From: Enoplolaimus lenunculus
Lineage: Eukaryota
NCBI GenBank assembly: GCA_030248215.1
Contig: JASANG010003752.1
Span: 124,001-188,000 of the forward strand
Length of the DNA stretch: 64,000 nucleotides
Reading direction: 5' to 3'
Shown: one piece after another, positions 59,201 through 64,000 of the stretch
Layout of the letters: the number at the start of each line of letters is the position of its first letter
Numbering within the stretch: position 1 is the first letter of the stretch
The notes under the pieces: generated by a model
What the model was told of the DNA's origin: nothing
The model's input: the letters and a program-made list of their open reading frames with translations, nothing else
The model's database searches: none
Made by a program: the position numbers and the translations under genes

Positions 59201-62200
59201 TTATTTGCATTGCGATGTTAGATGGTTATTTTGTGTTGTATATGCAAGTGGAGTTTTGAGAAAAATTCTAGTTTGTATTAAGAAATCAGTTGTGCTGAAG
59301 TAGCATAAAACATTCGTTGTAGGTAACACGACATCGTTTATGGCAGCCTGAAGCAATAACATCCGCAGCTGGACGTGAGATTACGCAAGTATCAACGCTG
59401 GGGCCGCTGTTCTCACCTTCTGCGTTCTTTGAAGATGACGTTAGTGTATTTAATCATAGGGTTTTAGCTATATACGTATGTATGTGAAGTGAGTCGGATG
59501 TAAGTTAAGGTACAATTGGAGTTCCGGTTCTGGCAACAAATCGACATCCTGCTCCGATATTCTACGTTGTCTGATATTCCTCGATGTAAAATATATATTT
59601 GCGACCAAATTCTGTCTCAGTATTTTTGGTATCCGGTACTCGTAGATGTGCATAAGTGATATTACTAATAGACACGTGGCATTTTGATGGAAACATTTCT
59701 GTTGCGATAGAATTTAGTCAAATTCGGTTATTTTTTCAGGAAGCGGTGGCGAATACATTTTTTATGAGCGACTCAAAGGGCGAAATTGATGAAAGTGCAG
59801 CTCGCTATCAGTATCCAAATATTCGTGGTCACCTGGAATCTTTGCGGGTGTGTTTGCTTTTTGTCGCGGAATTTGATGTCAAATGTTGCATACAGCGCCA
59901 GTTAGTGGTTTTTCCTGCGAAAGTAGCAATCAATTCAGTGCACCGTGTTTAGCAATTTTTCCATGATAGCCCAGAGCTTTATGAGAGAAATCTCTTATAG
60001 ACCAGGACTTGCAGCGTAGCAGTTTTGCCATGATAGCTGAAGGCTGTGTTTTAGTAATCTCTAATACAATATGACTTGTATGTTTGTTGCTAGCAATTTT
60101 TTCATAGACCAAGGTTGTCATGAGCTCATTTGCAAATTGAAATAGTATTAGAGTCTTGGTCTATAGCAGATTGCGTGGTACAATTGGCAAAATTATTGTG
60201 AACGTCGCCTAATTTTTCACGCAACATTACAATAAATAGCTTTATAAATATGTGTGTTTCAGACTGACGTGCATCGCGTTGTGTATTCGTTGTTTGTAAA
60301 TAGCAGCACACGGGATTCGATATTAAATTTTGTTTCTGCTGTGATCGCACGCAATGCGAACAAGGCCAAACTTTATGTAAGTTCTATACAAAAGCACTTG
60401 CCATTTTGGTTTTACACTGTTAGGAAAATGCTAGGGGCGGTGTTAAATTATTGACGCAGTATTAAATGCGAGAATGCTTTTGCCTAAGTACCGCTACCGA
60501 AATATGCGGTGTGATAACCTGATTGTGGTGGTTAACTGTAGAACACTTGTACTAGGGTGCCAAATGGAACTGAGTTAAACAAAAGTCACAGTTTGAACAG
60601 GATTTTAGTCAGAATTCTAATCGGAATTCAAATTATGTTTGCACCCTGACTGCTACGCTACAACCGTGTGTGTTTTTCAGAGTGATGAGTCAACTGTGGC
60701 AAACAATGGTTTCATGCTTAACTTTTTGTCGGTGATGTACAAAATGTCTGAAAAAGTAACAATTGATAAAGTAAGTTCATATTATTGTCATCAAGTTGAA
60801 GTGTGAGCTGTATGTAGCGCATTTTATCAGTTAGTGATACGTTATAAAGTAAGCTAACTGTAGTATCTGTTGTTCTGCAAATATACATTCATGTAGGTAA
60901 ATCGTAGTGTGAAAAATTGTTAAATTTCTGAGCTATTCATTACCGGTTGTTAAGTTACAACACCTAATCACCAACTCTCAATAGATTATAAATATATTTG
61001 AGAATGCGGTCAATCGATTGGTGTTGCATTAAAATATTTCAATAAAATTTAGTCTGAGAAAGCTAACGCTAGGTATAGGAATTTTTGATAAAATTTTATG
61101 GTCTACCTAGCTTAGCTTGGATAATAGTTGTACCGGCGATTTTTATTATTATAAACTTGAATTTGTGTGCTTGTGGTTTTATTTCAGATTCACTGCTTGT
61201 ATCCGTTTCATCCAAACGCCAGAGTGAGTGTCAAAGACGCCGCTAGGCTTAAATTGCGCACTGACGAGCTGGAAGCGTTTGAAAAATCTGTTGGTGAGTG
61301 AATTTATTATTTTTTGAAATTCTAAATTTTAAATTTTGGTTTCATTAATACTGTGAGTTACTTGCTTTAAAGTTTGAGCCATTTTGAATCGAATGACCCT
61401 GAATAATGGTATCTATACTTTTTTTGACTATTTTAATGTCTTAAGAAGCGTATCTTTTGACTTGTGCTCGATGTCGTTTGCACGACAAGTATCGCGCAAC
61501 CATTAATGTATCTGTCATTATAATTGTTAACATATTATAGTTGAAAATGATTGACATACCAAATGAATACGTAATATCATACCGTATCTCCAGTGCAGTG
61601 GCGAAAATTCTTGGTTAATTGTGTGCGTGACTTAATTTTGCATATGTTTTTTTCGGTTTGTATGCTGCGTTTTTTTGTTTCAGACACATCGTCGGAAATC
61701 AAATTTCCGACCGAATGTTTTTTCTTGACACTGCATGCTCAACGTGTTGCGTTACTGCCTGCAATACGACATCATGCTCGTGTTGAACGCGATGAAATTC
61801 AATCGCGGCGATTGCGGCAACAGCTGGAAAACACGCGGTCGTCGTGGGAATCGCATCCAATTATGGGACCACGAAATAGAGCGATGTTAGAACGGCAACG
61901 TAAATTGTGCAAGGTACGGAACGCGCTAGGCTTGTCGTGCGACTACGGACGGCACCACAAGTGAAAAGGCTATTGCTGACAATACAACATTCACAATAAT
62001 TAGTCCCAGCTGGCTACCGAAAACGACGTATGACTGAGTTTGGGTTACCGAGTGGCAATTTTCAAAATTGCCTTACGTAAACCGTACCGTAACAATGAAT
62101 ACACGTAACCTTACCTCAACACGTGTTACATGTATTATACATACAGGAGAAACACGTGTCGCAGTATTTTCAACAGAATGAAGACGTGTTTGAATTTGGG

Positions 62201-62850
62201 CTGCATAGCTGCCAACTGCCCCGCAGTTTCTCGCTTTCCGTTATTTTCATTTGTTTGTCGTATTGTATTTTCGAATGATGTGCTATTTCGTGAAGTTGTC
62301 GTCGGTCAGTTAACGCAATGAATTGGATTTTTAAACTTTTAGGTTCTTATGAGATCACATTTGTGTTCGGAAGCAGTGGTTTTGGACGAATTATTTGTCA
62401 GCAATGCGTTTGCGTTTTGTGCCAAAACTCTTGATTTTCTCATGAGACAGTTGTGTCCTGATGGGTGCGTGAAATTTTGTTAAATACAAAATATATGAAT
62501 TTATGATATTTGAAATAAAAGATTTGTTTCGTTAAAATAATATTGGACGTCAGCTTTAGAGACAACAGGTAATATAAATTGCAGAATTTGTTTTAATGTT
62601 GCCAGTTTGTTTGCCAGTAGAATATCACTTGTAATCTGTCCTGTTTCAAAAGATTTTCACTTCGAAGCAGTCCCTGCCGCCTTGGTGATTATAGATAGGT
62701 CAAAAATTAAACGCTGTATTAGGCTTTGTCCTGAGCACGCAAATGTTCTGTGAATTATTGATTAAAATTGAATTTTTCAAAACGTTTTGGTTACGGTATA
62801 CGTAGGTCTCGTGTTTTCACGTGTATTTTTGTTTTATTAGTATTATTGTA

Positions 62851-62907
<57 letters not shown>

Positions 62908-63419
62908 TTAGTGCCATTTTGCCAGTGAAATCAGTGTCACAAGTATTTGGCGCATACCCGGAATTCTACTTAGAAGACATATTGGAAGTGTTGTTGTTTT
63001 TGTTTCAGTACGTTTCTTTCGATGTTTTCATTCATTTTGGTTTGTTTTGTTTTCTGTTTTATAGCAACAAATACTTGATTGCGAAGATGCAGTTTGGATG
63101 GATACCGTTTTTGAATGCTGTTGTGGACATGCGGAACCGGATATCTGGGTCGAACCGTTGCATACATTAATGTGTAATGAATTTATTTGCAGACATATGC
63201 CCAGCGCTGTGGTTGACAATTGCACATACAATATGGCGCAATCGTTAGTTTTGCTTGCATGCAGCCCTCATATATTCAACAATCCGTCATTGCCTGCGCG
63301 TTTGATTGAAATATTATTTATGACCTGCCATCCTGCAGCAATAAATCTACAGCGATTAATTTTAACAATGAATCTTGCCACAGATCATTTATTTGAAAGT
63401 TTGGTCAAATTTTATTCAG
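53239..63419 (+). CDS. UBE4B: ubiquitin conjugation factor E4 B / UFD-2, 5' part (3' exons incl. U-box lie beyond the window); exons start at 53239, 54914, 55253, 56312, 56732, 57360, 57843, 58361, 58868, 59323, 59740, 60263, 60681, 61188, 61684, 62344, 62912, 63193
   Basis: MDSDSGIETVEME; AGREITQVSTLGPLFS; NGFMLNFLSV; IKFPTECFFLTLHA; FGAYPEFYLEDILE; NNPSLPARLIEILF; LVKFYS. These are Ufd2 core motifs, and the GT-AG phases are consistent. Confidence 0.9.
53624..53995. mobile_element. hAT-like MITE (CAGGGTGCAACCGG family), diverged
   Basis: CAGGTGCAACCGGAATT ... AATTCCGGTTCACCCTG; body homologous to 15936-16314. Confidence 0.75.
62843..62907. repeat. (ATT)n microsatellite abutting a UBE4B splice acceptor
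   Basis: About 20 ATT units ending in TTTTAG at 62911. Confidence 0.9.
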
Positions 63420-64000
63420 GTCCGTTAATGTTCGTATCGATTTTTAATACATTGTAGTCTTCTGCCTGTTAACTGTTCAATCTCAGTGTTGGCAAGAGCG
63501 GATGATCACTCTAACAAGAGTGTGCAACTACCGATTCCCATTGCACAATCAAGCGGATTTTTCACATTTTAAATTTAGGCCAACTTGTTGTGATATGTTG
63601 TTTAAAAATTCTGCATCATTTATGTATTAAATTGTTTTCAATGACTTAACTATCAATAATTGATTGTAGTTTAGTTTTACAGAGCCAAATAATGAGTGCC
63701 AATTTGTTCATGCGACTTTTGATAATTGTTGAGAGCCAACAGGACTTTTGATAATTGTTGAGAGCCAACAGGCGACTCACATAATCAATATTAACTTGTT
63801 TATCCAAATATCCATAGTTACAAAATTTGTTGTTCCGATTCCGTTATATCCCAGTTCCGCTTTGCACCCTGAAGGGGATCATGTTGGACGCCGCATACAT
63901 AAAGTGCCATGGTTCGTACCGGTTGCACCCCCTCTCGGTAAATGAAGGGGTATTGGCCAAAAACACAACGCGTACCGGGTACATTCTTTTCTACACATAA

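Noticed and set aside
53462..63772. Short tandem duplications (20 bp x2 at ~53462-53501; ~29 bp x2 at ~63714-63772)
   Set aside because: These look like ordinary intronic slippage duplications with no further structure.

Overview
Intron-rich animal genomic DNA, most likely from a nematode. This is inferred from abundant TTAGGC telomere-type repeats and TTTCAG/TTTTAG acceptors; the well-conserved NudE C-terminus is compatible with an early-branching lineage. Exons were stitched by hand, giving six protein genes: PECR-like peroxisomal reductase (+, 8 exons, ends SKM); ABCB6/HMT-1 half-transporter (+, 19 exons); a secreted Frizzled-CRD/mucin-like protein (+, 3 exons); NudE/NDEL1 (-, 8 exons); an intronless polyQ-containing FMRFamide-receptor-like GPCR (-); and UBE4B/UFD-2 (+, incomplete at the window end). 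There are two intact, divergent tRNA genes (Lys-TTT, Val-CAC). Introns and intergenic DNA are dense with non-autonomous DNA transposons, many with readable TIRs and target-site duplications (TSDs). Most notable: (1) a high-copy GG-ended, 8-bp-TSD (Merlin-like) MITE carrying telomere-type TTAGGC repeats and repeatedly hosting nested insertions; (2) a composite hairpin + tRNA-like element found three times, each near a gene 5' end; (3) an ABCB6 intron that only splices in frame at a non-canonical TTTTCG acceptor; (4) a Frizzled CRD with an apparently rewired cysteine; (5) a 3x153-bp amplification fusing a MITE end to half a tRNA-Lys. No CRISPR array, rRNA or intact transposase was seen. All calls are by eye, without database searches.
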